From an uncultured Rhodopirellula sp. (GTDB lineage: Bacteria > Planctomycetota > Planctomycetia > Pirellulales > Pirellulaceae), in contig CAXGAI010000024.1 in assembly GCA_964007735.1 (NCBI GenBank), forward strand, positions 1 through 63,710: 63,710 bases of DNA, in the 5' to 3' direction. The notes under the pieces were generated by a model. The model worked only from the letters and a program-made list of their open reading frames with translations, had not been told where the DNA came from and searched no databases. This document shows, one piece after another, positions 53,357 to 61,705 of the stretch; position 1 is the first letter of the stretch, and each line of letters opens with the position of its first letter. The position numbers and the translations under genes were made by a program.

Positions 53357-55423
53357 TTAGTCTTCACTTGGTTGCTGGAATAATCGGCCTGAGGATTGGG
53401 TACCATATGCTTCTGGCAAATTCTGCATCTGTGGTCGATTGGCCGGACTTTTATAACCGTTGCGAATATAGGGATGATGTGATTTATTGATAATCGATTC
53501 TTGTGTGGTCTTCTCAGATTGTTTCGGAGTCGAGATCACGTGAGGAGTAATCATAATAATTAGTTCCGTCTTCTGTTCCTGTTCAAAATCTTTTCTGAAA
53601 AGCGCACCCAACGTTGGAATATCTCCTAACAGCGGGACTTTAAGCTGACGCTTCACAACTTTCTCTTCCACCATACCTCCAATGGCAACCGTAAGCCCGT
53701 CCTTCGCGACCACCGTGTTGACTGTGGTCGCATTGCTAACTACAGGACGCGTAACTGTCTGCGTTGCGGAGATCGGAATGATATCCTGTTTCCCCGTATC
53801 GTCGCCGGTACGTTCCTGAAAGATCGTCAATGTGACAGTACGATCAGCGTTAATTTTCGGTAGCATCATTAGCGACGTACCAATCTGTTGATCTGATGTC
53901 TCGATGTTAGTCCCCGTGGTCTGTCCACCCTGATTAGCGTTCGTTACGGTCGAAGCACTATCGGTAAACCGACGTTCTTCACCAATTCTCAGAGATGCCG
54001 GGCGATTATTAGAAGCTAATAAAATCGGTGTTGCCACGACGTTTACGCGGTTTTCTTCTTCGAGCAACTGAACGCGAGCCCGAAAATTCTGGTCCAGGAA
54101 CTGATAGACAAAGGTCGAACCGTCTGCCTCGATGTCAAAGTTACCACTACCAATTACGGATCCTCCATTATCCAGAAAAGAAGCTCCAGGCCCAATAAAC
54201 TGTTCTGTCGCTGTATTGACGAGGTTATTAGGAACGAAAGCCGGGTCGCCAACCGCGGGTGTGGTTTTGTTTTCGCTGAATTCAAAGTCAAAAGCTGACT
54301 TAAACTGATCTCCTAAAGTAACTTCCAAAATTTTCACTTCCAAGAGAACCTGTGGGGTCGGACGATCCAACTGTTCGATCAGAGCTGCAATAGAATCCAT
54401 CGCAGTTTTGTCACTGGTTCTTACAATAATCATGCCATGAGTCTGATTGATCGCAACGTGTATTGGTGGTTCCTGAGAGGTAACTTCCTGAATGCGTTCC
54501 GAGGAGGTTGACCCCGATGCAACTGCACCCTGATTACTTAACGCTTGAATCTGATCTGTCGTCAAAGTTTCATCATTGAGCAATTCATTGCGACGATTAA
54601 CGGCTTCATAGTTAATGGTATTTTGCTGTGGCCCGCCGCCACCGCCGCCCATACCCATGCCCATGCCGCCCATACCCATACCCATGCCCATGCCCATACC
54701 CATGCCACCCATGCCCATGCCAAATCCACCCATTCGGCCAAAACTACCGCCGCCGCCGAAAGCCGATGTGCCACCAAAGCCGCCCATGCCCATGCCCATG
54801 CCACCCATGCCCATGCCACCGCCGCCACCGCCGCCCATGGCACCCATCATCTGCATGATCATCATCAACTGTTGTGACTGCTGTCCTGCCGTTGCGAGGA
54901 ATTGATCGTCATAATACCGGGGTAGTGAAAGTAAAACACGTTCGCCATATAGGTCTTGGATATGCTGTGCGATACTGAATACATTGGGATGAAGCAAAGT
55001 GAAAACTTGTGTGTCCTCTTCACGATAGATGACCAAATCTTTTCCGTATTCTTCGGTGGTCATAATTCGGACTAAACCTACTTCTTCTTCTTCGCGGTAC
55101 CAGAGACCAGCCACCTTGCAAAGCGTTTCAATCGCATCGATCGTTTTGATATGCCTCAGGAATAAAGACAACTCAACAATACCGGCCTCCTGAGTTGCAA
55201 CCACATTGATACCACTAACCTCAGAGATGAGCCGGGTTGCATCAAGAACCGTACTATTATTCAACTCGAGTCGAGTGATAACCTGTTTCTTACCAATCTC
55301 GTATTCGACATTCTCTGGTGCTACCGGTTTCGGAGGTATGGTCGCCTGGGGTTGAGCGAGTAATTCACCGCCAAAAACTGTAAGGATTAGAGTGCAAACT
55401 AAAGTTTTTATATATCTAGCCAT
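53357..55423 (-). CDS. Secretin (GspD/PilQ family) with Gly/Met-rich insertion
   Basis: Signal peptide; LIEQLDRPTPQVLLEVKILEV, ATPILLASNN, PKINAD, GGM...KVPLLGDIPTLGALFR, KTELIIMITPHVI. Confidence 0.92.
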   Translation of the reverse strand: MARYIKTLVCTLILTVFGGELLAQPQATIPPKPVAPENVEYEIGKKQVITRLELNNSTVLDATRLISEVSGINVVATQEAGIVELSLFLRHIKTIDAIETLCKVAGLWYREEEEVGLVRIMTTEEYGKDLVIYREEDTQVFTLLHPNVFSIAQHIQDLYGERVLLSLPRYYDDQFLATAGQQSQQLMMIMQMMGAMGGGGGGGMGMGGMGMGMGGFGGTSAFGGGGSFGRMGGFGMGMGGMGMGMGMGMGMGGMGMGMGGGGGGPQQNTINYEAVNRRNELLNDETLTTDQIQALSNQGAVASGSTSSERIQEVTSQEPPIHVAINQTHGMIIVRTSDKTAMDSIAALIEQLDRPTPQVLLEVKILEVTLGDQFKSAFDFEFSENKTTPAVGDPAFVPNNLVNTATEQFIGPGASFLDNGGSVIGSGNFDIEADGSTFVYQFLDQNFRARVQLLEEENRVNVVATPILLASNNRPASLRIGEERRFTDSASTVTNANQGGQTTGTNIETSDQQIGTSLMMLPKINADRTVTLTIFQERTGDDTGKQDIIPISATQTVTRPVVSNATTVNTVVAKDGLTVAIGGMVEEKVVKRQLKVPLLGDIPTLGALFRKDFEQEQKTELIIMITPHVISTPKQSEKTTQESIINKSHHPYIRNGYKSPANRPQMQNLPEAYGTQSSGRLFQQPSED
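54632..54865 (-). repeat. In-frame low-complexity hexamer (CCATGC/CCATAC) and GCC repeats encoding a Gly-Met tract
   Basis: Directly visible imperfect tandem hexamers; encodes MMIMQMMGAMGGGGGGGMGMGG...GMGMGGGGGGG. Confidence 0.9.
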
Positions 55424-55482
55424 TTTCAAATCATTCTTTGAATAGGGTTTTGCTTTAAAGGTATAGAAGTCTAAGGGAAGTC

Positions 55483-56049
55483 TTAGTGAATACTAAACAA
55501 CTGAGACTTTTCAGATTCGACAATCACTTCACCCGATTTTGTGATCTTCTTAATCGAGTAAGTCTGCCCATCATGTACAATTTCTTCACCAACATGCCGG
55601 ATAACGGAATCTTCCTCACCGCGTTGAATCATGGCCTTCGCTCCGCCCGGGACAGCGATCACCCCAACGATTCGAACATCAGGCAGGCTGGAATAGTTGA
55701 GCTTCTCAACCTCTTCTTCATCCGCTGGGGCGACTTCAGAAATTGCATCGGTTACAGGGTCAGTCCCGGATTGAATATTTTTCGGGGGCCCGGAGGCAGG
55801 TATAAACTGACTCTGAACATAACCTGAGGGATCATAGGTCTGTGGTGAATAACGGGCCCCGCTATTTTGCTGATTTTGTTGAAACTCAACGCGGGACTGA
55901 GCGGCCTGAGCTTTAGCATTTTGGATAGCTGATCGATCCGTTATTTCATTCTCTACTTGTGCCGTGAATGCAGCAGATGGTTTGGTGGTAGAGATACAGC
56001 CACTAACCGTTGAAAGTATTAATATCACAGTGAGGGAAAGCCGAAGCAT
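55483..56049 (-). CDS. Lipoprotein with PilP/GspC-HR-like C-terminal beta domain
   Basis: Lipobox VSGC; disordered linker; VRIVGVI...AMI...VGEEI...IKKIT...VIV. Confidence 0.65.
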   Translation of the reverse strand: MLRLSLTVILILSTVSGCISTTKPSAAFTAQVENEITDRSAIQNAKAQAAQSRVEFQQNQQNSGARYSPQTYDPSGYVQSQFIPASGPPKNIQSGTDPVTDAISEVAPADEEEVEKLNYSSLPDVRIVGVIAVPGGAKAMIQRGEEDSVIRHVGEEIVHDGQTYSIKKITKSGEVIVESEKSQLFSIH

Positions 56050-56201
56050 ATCTTGGTACTTTTTGAAAATTGTTGCTGAAAAAAAATCTTTGATCCCTTG
56101 ATGAAAGTTTTGCTATTAGTACGGCGAATTGAGGGTTTAAGTACCACATTCTGAAACATGCTGTAAACAGCAGTTTCCCCACAATTGCATATGAATTGCA
56201 T

Positions 56202-56230
56202 AAAAAAACGCGATGTATAAACATCGCGTT
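56202..56230 (-). terminator. Internal intrinsic terminator within the pilus cluster
   Basis: AACGCGATGT-ATAA-ACATCGCGTT 10-bp stem followed by a U-run on the minus strand. Confidence 0.7.
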
Positions 56231-56262
56231 AAAAATTTAGTTTTGGTTTTGATTTTTGGTGT

Positions 56263-56841
56263 TTAGCGAATAATCACAGACTCCGCCAAAGTACCTAGTT
56301 TAACTTCAACAAACCCGTTTTCGATCGCTGAAATTTCAATCACCAGATTACCACTGGATCTGGTCAATGTAACCCGATCTGACTCACGAACAAAATAAAC
56401 TCGACCTTCAACTCGGATGCTAGCAACCTTGTTTTTATTTGGTGCAACAACCTCTGCATCTTCATCATCGGACGCGTCTTCATCATCCGAAGCCCTTTCA
56501 TCGGCAGTATCCTCTTTCGGGGCGATAGTAACCACTCCGACCAAAGAAACTTCCGGAACACTTACTCCCGGTCCGACCTCTATAAACTCGTTATTCGCCC
56601 GTCGCTGTTCTTTCAAAATGACAGAGTCCGGAGCAAAGGGGTCACGTAAATTCTGCTGTTGTAACTGAATTAACAGTTCCTGCATTAGCTGGTTTGCATC
56701 TTTGGGCAACGTTTCCGCGCCATTTTCTGTTTCCTCGGCAACAACCGGTTTTGCCGGCTCACCTGCATCCTGTGCTAGCGCAGTGAAACTGATCAGCATC
56801 AAAGCTAATACCACTAAAAAATCAATAGCCACTCTCATCAT
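56263..56841 (-). CDS. PilP-like exported protein
   Basis: Signal peptide (ALA-Q), AGGAG SD, RDPF motif, LVGVV, ASIRVEGRVYFVRESD; acidic duplicated ASDDED insert. Confidence 0.65.
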   Translation of the reverse strand: MMRVAIDFLVVLALMLISFTALAQDAGEPAKPVVAEETENGAETLPKDANQLMQELLIQLQQQNLRDPFAPDSVILKEQRRANNEFIEVGPGVSVPEVSLVGVVTIAPKEDTADERASDDEDASDDEDAEVVAPNKNKVASIRVEGRVYFVRESDRVTLTRSSGNLVIEISAIENGFVEVKLGTLAESVIIR

Positions 56842-56921
56842 TTAGCTCCTTTAGGCAAGATAGGCAATCCTCTATAATTTTCGTCTAAAAACGGTTCTAT
56901 CTTGAACTAATCTATACATAC

Positions 56922-58148
56922 TTATGCCACACTCATGCCCAAAGCAGCCATGAAAAAGCTGAAGTACACGAAACCCACAATTCCACCGACAAAAATAATC
57001 ATGACGGGCTCTGTAATAGCGCTAAGCCAGCGAATTCTTGCTTGTAATCTTGAATCGTAATAACTGCCGATCTCATCTAAAACCTCTCCTAAGTTACCGG
57101 TTTGTTCACCAATAGCAATCACCTGAGAGACGGTGGGAGGAATGATAATATCATCGATGGCAGTGGAAAAGTTCTCACCATTAATGATCTTTTCCCTCGT
57201 TTTTAAAATATGATTTTGAATGGCATCATTTCCAACGGATTTACCAGCGATCCGAAGAGAATCAACCAAAGTCAAACCACTTTCGATAAGCGTTGATAGT
57301 GTAAATCCGAATTGGGATATGGCGGAAAAAGTGAGGATTCCTCCAATGACCGGAACATCTAACAAGATTCGATGAATTCTGTAACGTCCGGTTTTATTTC
57401 GCCAGGCCATGATCAAGCCACCAATCACTAAAGCAGCAACAATCAATAGGTAGGGAAGATAAGCAATCGCACCTTTACTTAAATCCATTAAAAACTGTGT
57501 CGACGCCGGCAATTGCCCACCTTTTCGTTCAATGAAGGTCGCAAATTTAGGGATAACACCATAAACCAGAAACAACGTTACCATCATGGCAACAACCATC
57601 ACGAAAACGGGATAGAACAAAGCCGAAACCAATTTGACGATTTGTTCGCTTCGACGTTCAATTCCCTCAGCAATACGGTTCATCGCAGACTCTAATTCAC
57701 CACTAGCCTCGGAACTTTCCACAAGTTGGACAATGACTGATGAGAAAACCCGTTTATGCTGTCCCATGGCACTGGAAAACGAAGCTCCATTTTCAACATC
57801 ATTAATCATCTGCTGAATCACATCACGGAATGCTTTTTTCACCGACTCTTTCTTGCAAATCTGCAGTGCTTGCAAAAGAGTCAGACCGGTCTGAACCATC
57901 ATCGACATTTGACGGAAGAAAGTGGCCCGATCCCGTGCCATAATGGGTAGCAACCAGGCCGCCCGATGGATCCAACGTCGGTTCGTCACGGAACCAATAT
58001 TCTCAGGATTAGAGGTCTCCTGCAAACTAACCACCATTAATCCCCGCTGACGAAGATTAGCTGCAGCTTGCTCCATAGAATCCGTTTCCAGTGTCCCATT
58101 GTCCTGCTGGCCATCAGCAGATATAGCTCGGTATTCAAAATAAGGCAT
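56922..58148 (-). CDS. pilC: Type II secretion/type IV pilus platform protein (GspF/PilC)
   Basis: MPYFEYRA, FFRQMSMMVQTGL, EASGEL, ALFYP, GEQTGNL, EPVMI. Confidence 0.92.
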   Translation of the reverse strand: MPYFEYRAISADGQQDNGTLETDSMEQAAANLRQRGLMVVSLQETSNPENIGSVTNRRWIHRAAWLLPIMARDRATFFRQMSMMVQTGLTLLQALQICKKESVKKAFRDVIQQMINDVENGASFSSAMGQHKRVFSSVIVQLVESSEASGELESAMNRIAEGIERRSEQIVKLVSALFYPVFVMVVAMMVTLFLVYGVIPKFATFIERKGGQLPASTQFLMDLSKGAIAYLPYLLIVAALVIGGLIMAWRNKTGRYRIHRILLDVPVIGGILTFSAISQFGFTLSTLIESGLTLVDSLRIAGKSVGNDAIQNHILKTREKIINGENFSTAIDDIIIPPTVSQVIAIGEQTGNLGEVLDEIGSYYDSRLQARIRWLSAITEPVMIIFVGGIVGFVYFSFFMAALGMSVA

Positions 58149-59770
58149 TAGATAGTTGCTCCTATCGTGACACCGATCACTTCTTCCAGACTGGTCAATC
58201 CTAAGCTAACTTTATCCAAACCATCGCGAAACATCGTTTTATGTAAGTCGCCACCAACCTGGCTAATCTCATGTTCGGCGGCTCCTTTGGAAATTAACTC
58301 TCTTGTTTCGTCGCCTGTCCAAAAACACTCAAAGAGACCAATTCTTCCGCTATAACCGGTGCCTAAACACTGGGGACACCCGACGGAATGAAAATGTCGT
58401 TTTAATTCGTAATCACCAATCAAAGCACGTTTTTCATCATCGACATCCACTTCTTCCCGGCACGCGTGACATAGCCGCCGGACTAATCTCTGGGAAATCG
58501 CACCGGCCAGTGTTGCGCCAACAAGATAAGGCTCGCATCCAAAGTCCATTAATCGGGTCACTGCACCAACCGCGGTGTTGGTATGTAGGGATGAAAACAC
58601 CAGGTGACCAGTCAAAGCTGCCTTTAAAGCAATATCGGCTGTGGCTAAATCTCTCACCTCCCCAATCATGACCACGTCCGGATCATGTCGCAGGATTGAT
58701 CTCAGTGCTGATTCAAACGTCACTTTATCCGAGGCGCCGACCTGAACCTGCGAGACGTTAGGAACGATCTGTTCAATCGGGTCTTCCACGGTGATAATAT
58801 TTCGCCAACTACCGTTGATCTCCTTGAGTGCACTATAGAGGGTAGTGGACTTACCCGATCCGGTGGGGCCGGTCAATAAAACAATACCATGAGGTTTTTG
58901 AATTGCCTGACGGAATGCCTCCAGTTCAGCGTCCAACATACCTAAGGTGGATAACGTCAAATTTTCATCGGTTGTACCCAACAAACGAATCGTAATACGT
59001 TCGCCGAAACGAGTTGGAATCACTGCGACTCGCATATCCTGAGAGATACCGTTGACCAATTCGAACTGCATGCGACCATCCTGAGGAGCGCGCTGTTCAG
59101 CGATGTCCAGTCCGGAAAACACCTTGATTCTGGAGACCAATAACCGCCCGGTTTCCGGGGGGAGGCTGCTTATATAACTAATCAATCGGCCGTCCACTCG
59201 GAAACGAATGCGAATTGTATTTTCTGCAGGCTCAATATGAATATCAGAGGCATGATGAAGATAGGCTTCATTAATGACCCGGGCAAACAAATCGGAGGCA
59301 TCTTCTGGATCAATCTCAGCGGTTGCCACCTCTTCATTACGCAATTTACGAATAAACTGGACGGAATCACTGATCGCACTGGGAGTAGCCAATGCTACTT
59401 CGGCCAAAATATCCAATGAGCGTTCCACCGCACTAATCAACGCTAAATCATCAATTTCAGCGGTTGCCAAAATGACCTTACCCTCTTCACCCTGAACAGG
59501 AATCACACCCCGCCGAAGACCAATCTCGGCCATGTCCCGTGCTGAATCCTCATCGATTGGATAAATTCCAAGATCCACGAAACGAATATTACGTTCGGCG
59601 GCGACAGCATGATATAAGGCCTTGAGGGGTATTCGATGTGCAATCGTGATTGCTTCCATCGAAGAAATCCCCTGGGCGTTGGCTAACCGGCGGATTTCGA
59701 TGAGTTGATCATCTTCGATCAAGCCCTGCGAGACAGCGGCATCCAAGAATTCCTGTTCACGAAGTGGCAC
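58148..59770 (-). CDS. pilB: GspE/PilB assembly ATPase
   Basis: ASDIHIEP, RFRVDG, PQDGR, GPTGSGKST, EDPIE, LRHDPD, GEVRD, HTN, tetra-Cys Zn motif CHAC...CPQC. Confidence 0.92.
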   Translation of the reverse strand: MPLREQEFLDAAVSQGLIEDDQLIEIRRLANAQGISSMEAITIAHRIPLKALYHAVAAERNIRFVDLGIYPIDEDSARDMAEIGLRRGVIPVQGEEGKVILATAEIDDLALISAVERSLDILAEVALATPSAISDSVQFIRKLRNEEVATAEIDPEDASDLFARVINEAYLHHASDIHIEPAENTIRIRFRVDGRLISYISSLPPETGRLLVSRIKVFSGLDIAEQRAPQDGRMQFELVNGISQDMRVAVIPTRFGERITIRLLGTTDENLTLSTLGMLDAELEAFRQAIQKPHGIVLLTGPTGSGKSTTLYSALKEINGSWRNIITVEDPIEQIVPNVSQVQVGASDKVTFESALRSILRHDPDVVMIGEVRDLATADIALKAALTGHLVFSSLHTNTAVGAVTRLMDFGCEPYLVGATLAGAISQRLVRRLCHACREEVDVDDEKRALIGDYELKRHFHSVGCPQCLGTGYSGRIGLFECFWTGDETRELISKGAAEHEISQVGGDLHKTMFRDGLDKVSLGLTSLEEVIGVTIGATI

Positions 59771-59781
59771 TCGATATCTCC

Positions 59782-60891
59782 CTAAAATTTTATTCCGTGA
59801 CCACTACCGGGAGTAACACCTCCTCGTAGTCGTTGCAATCTTGAAACCATCGCTGCGGGATCACGAGCTAATCTGCGGGCATCTTCCTCCCGAATCTGAT
59901 TACGGTAAACGAGTTCTGCCAATGCAAAATCGACCGTCAACATGCCTTCCGAAGAGCCAATTTCCATCAATGAGTAAATCTGTGATGGTTTAGATGAACG
60001 TATCAGATTGGCAACCGCGGAAGTCACAAACATGACTTCTGCTAACGGGACCCGGCCATTGCCATCAGCCACCGGTAATAAGTGTTGCGCCACCACAGCA
60101 CGCAATACCATCGACAACTGCTGCCGAATAGCTAGTTGTTCTTCCGCACTAAAAACCCCGATGACACGGTCAATCGCACCCACACAATCTCCGGTATGGA
60201 GTGTGGAGAAAACCAGATGCCCGGTTTCCGCCGCGGTAATCGCCGCACGAATCGTTTCCACATCACGCATTTCCCCGATAAGCATGACATCCGGATCCTC
60301 ACGAAGCGCGGCTCTCACAGCCCCATCAAACGTTTGTACGTCGGTATACAACTCACGCTGATGAATTAATGACTTTTTATTCGAGTGGACATATTCAATA
60401 GGATCTTCCACTGTAATGATATGATCCGCACGCGTGCGGTTAATCTTATCAATGATGCTGGCTAATGTCGTTGATTTACCCGAACCGGTTGGGCCTGTGA
60501 CCAGAACCAGACCATCTTTCATCTGAGTAAACTTATCGAGTTGAGGAGGCAGATTTAACTCCTCCAGACTTCGGAACTCATTATCCAGAAGACGGATCGC
60601 AAAACTGACATTACCTCGGTCTCGATAGATATTTACACGATATCTCTCATTAGCAAAAGCAATCGCAACATCCACTTGTTGCTGCTGAGTAAACACTGCC
60701 TGTTGATTTACATTGAGTACATCCAGCGCCACCTGTTCCAATTCAACGGAGGTGGAATATAAATCATCCTGTCGCACCAAACGACCATCCACACGAAAGA
60801 ACGGATGCTCATTTGAACTCAAGTGCAGGTCAGATGCACCCTTTTCCAACATGCGTTGGAGCAACTGGTCAAAATGTGCCTTATTAAACAA
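59782..60891 (-). CDS. pilT: Type IV pilus retraction ATPase
   Basis: ASDLHL, RVDG, GPTGSGKST, EDPIE, ALREDPD, AAETGHLVFSTLHT, AVANLIR (AIRNLIRE-like). Confidence 0.93.
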   Translation of the reverse strand: MFNKAHFDQLLQRMLEKGASDLHLSSNEHPFFRVDGRLVRQDDLYSTSVELEQVALDVLNVNQQAVFTQQQQVDVAIAFANERYRVNIYRDRGNVSFAIRLLDNEFRSLEELNLPPQLDKFTQMKDGLVLVTGPTGSGKSTTLASIIDKINRTRADHIITVEDPIEYVHSNKKSLIHQRELYTDVQTFDGAVRAALREDPDVMLIGEMRDVETIRAAITAAETGHLVFSTLHTGDCVGAIDRVIGVFSAEEQLAIRQQLSMVLRAVVAQHLLPVADGNGRVPLAEVMFVTSAVANLIRSSKPSQIYSLMEIGSSEGMLTVDFALAELVYRNQIREEDARRLARDPAAMVSRLQRLRGGVTPGSGHGIKF

Positions 60892-60913
60892 CGTTGGAAA
60901 CCCTATCGATGTG

Positions 60914-61705
60914 CTAGTAAACCAACATCATCGTAAATGCGAGTTGAGGCGAATTATCAGTATTACTTTTGGACTTGCTAATGCCCGTATCCAGTATAAA
61001 CACGTCCTGCTCTAAGACTTCGAGTTGTTTCAGAAATACATAAAACAGCAACGGGCTACCCGTAAACTTGTATTTTTGACAAGTCAGTAATTCCGAGGAC
61101 AGGATCTCTGCGGCTTGCTCGTCCGTCACGACAGGTGAGCCGGTTACGGCCTGTTTCCCGTCGGGAATCGTTGCAATCTTGTTGTATTTTACACTTCGGA
61201 GATTCGTATCCGTAAATTGAGTAACCGGAGTTGTTTCCACTAATTCAAGTCCCGTACGCGCCGCCAGTTGACTAATAGTACTAAGCAATTGTGCTTTTTC
61301 AGTACTGGTATCTGCCTTATCAATCAAATTGGCTGTAGCCGAAATGTACTCCTCTTGCTTCAACTCCATTTCTGCATTGACTTCATCGGACTGTGCTATC
61401 ACTTCATCAAGTTTTACCTGAGTACCACCTAGCTGAATGGCCTTCTTGGCTTCATCCCGGTCGCCTTCGGTGTCCTGCACCAACTCTTCTAAGTCCTTTT
61501 CCAGAGAATCTTTATGAGGCATATAAGCCCAGATAGATTCATCTGCAACGATGACCGGGTCGCTGGGGTCAGAAACAACAACGTTGTTAATTAAGTCAAC
61601 AACAATTCCACCGGTAAAGCGGACATGATAATAACCAAAACCAATGACAAACCAAAGTAGCAAAAACATCTTCCGTTTTTCACCCTTTGTTTTATTACTG
61701 AGCAT
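60914..61705 (-). CDS. PilO/GspM-like inner-membrane protein
   Basis: N-terminal TM helix, coiled coil, then ferredoxin-like pattern LLSTISQLAARTGL...FTGS...FLKQLE; position in the cluster. Confidence 0.55.
   Translation of the reverse strand: MLSNKTKGEKRKMFLLLWFVIGFGYYHVRFTGGIVVDLINNVVVSDPSDPVIVADESIWAYMPHKDSLEKDLEELVQDTEGDRDEAKKAIQLGGTQVKLDEVIAQSDEVNAEMELKQEEYISATANLIDKADTSTEKAQLLSTISQLAARTGLELVETTPVTQFTDTNLRSVKYNKIATIPDGKQAVTGSPVVTDEQAAEILSSELLTCQKYKFTGSPLLFYVFLKQLEVLEQDVFILDTGISKSKSNTDNSPQLAFTMMLVY

Noticed and set aside
54632..54865. Tandem repeat as a CRISPR array or phase-variation switch
   Set aside because: There are no repeat-spacer units or cas genes, and unit lengths are multiples of 3, so slippage stays in frame.
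54545..54905. His/Ala-, Pro/Met-, Cys/Pro- and Trp/Ala-rich short ORFs that look like metal-binding peptides or RiPP precursors
   Set aside because: They are shadow frames of the secretin Gly-Met hexamer repeat.
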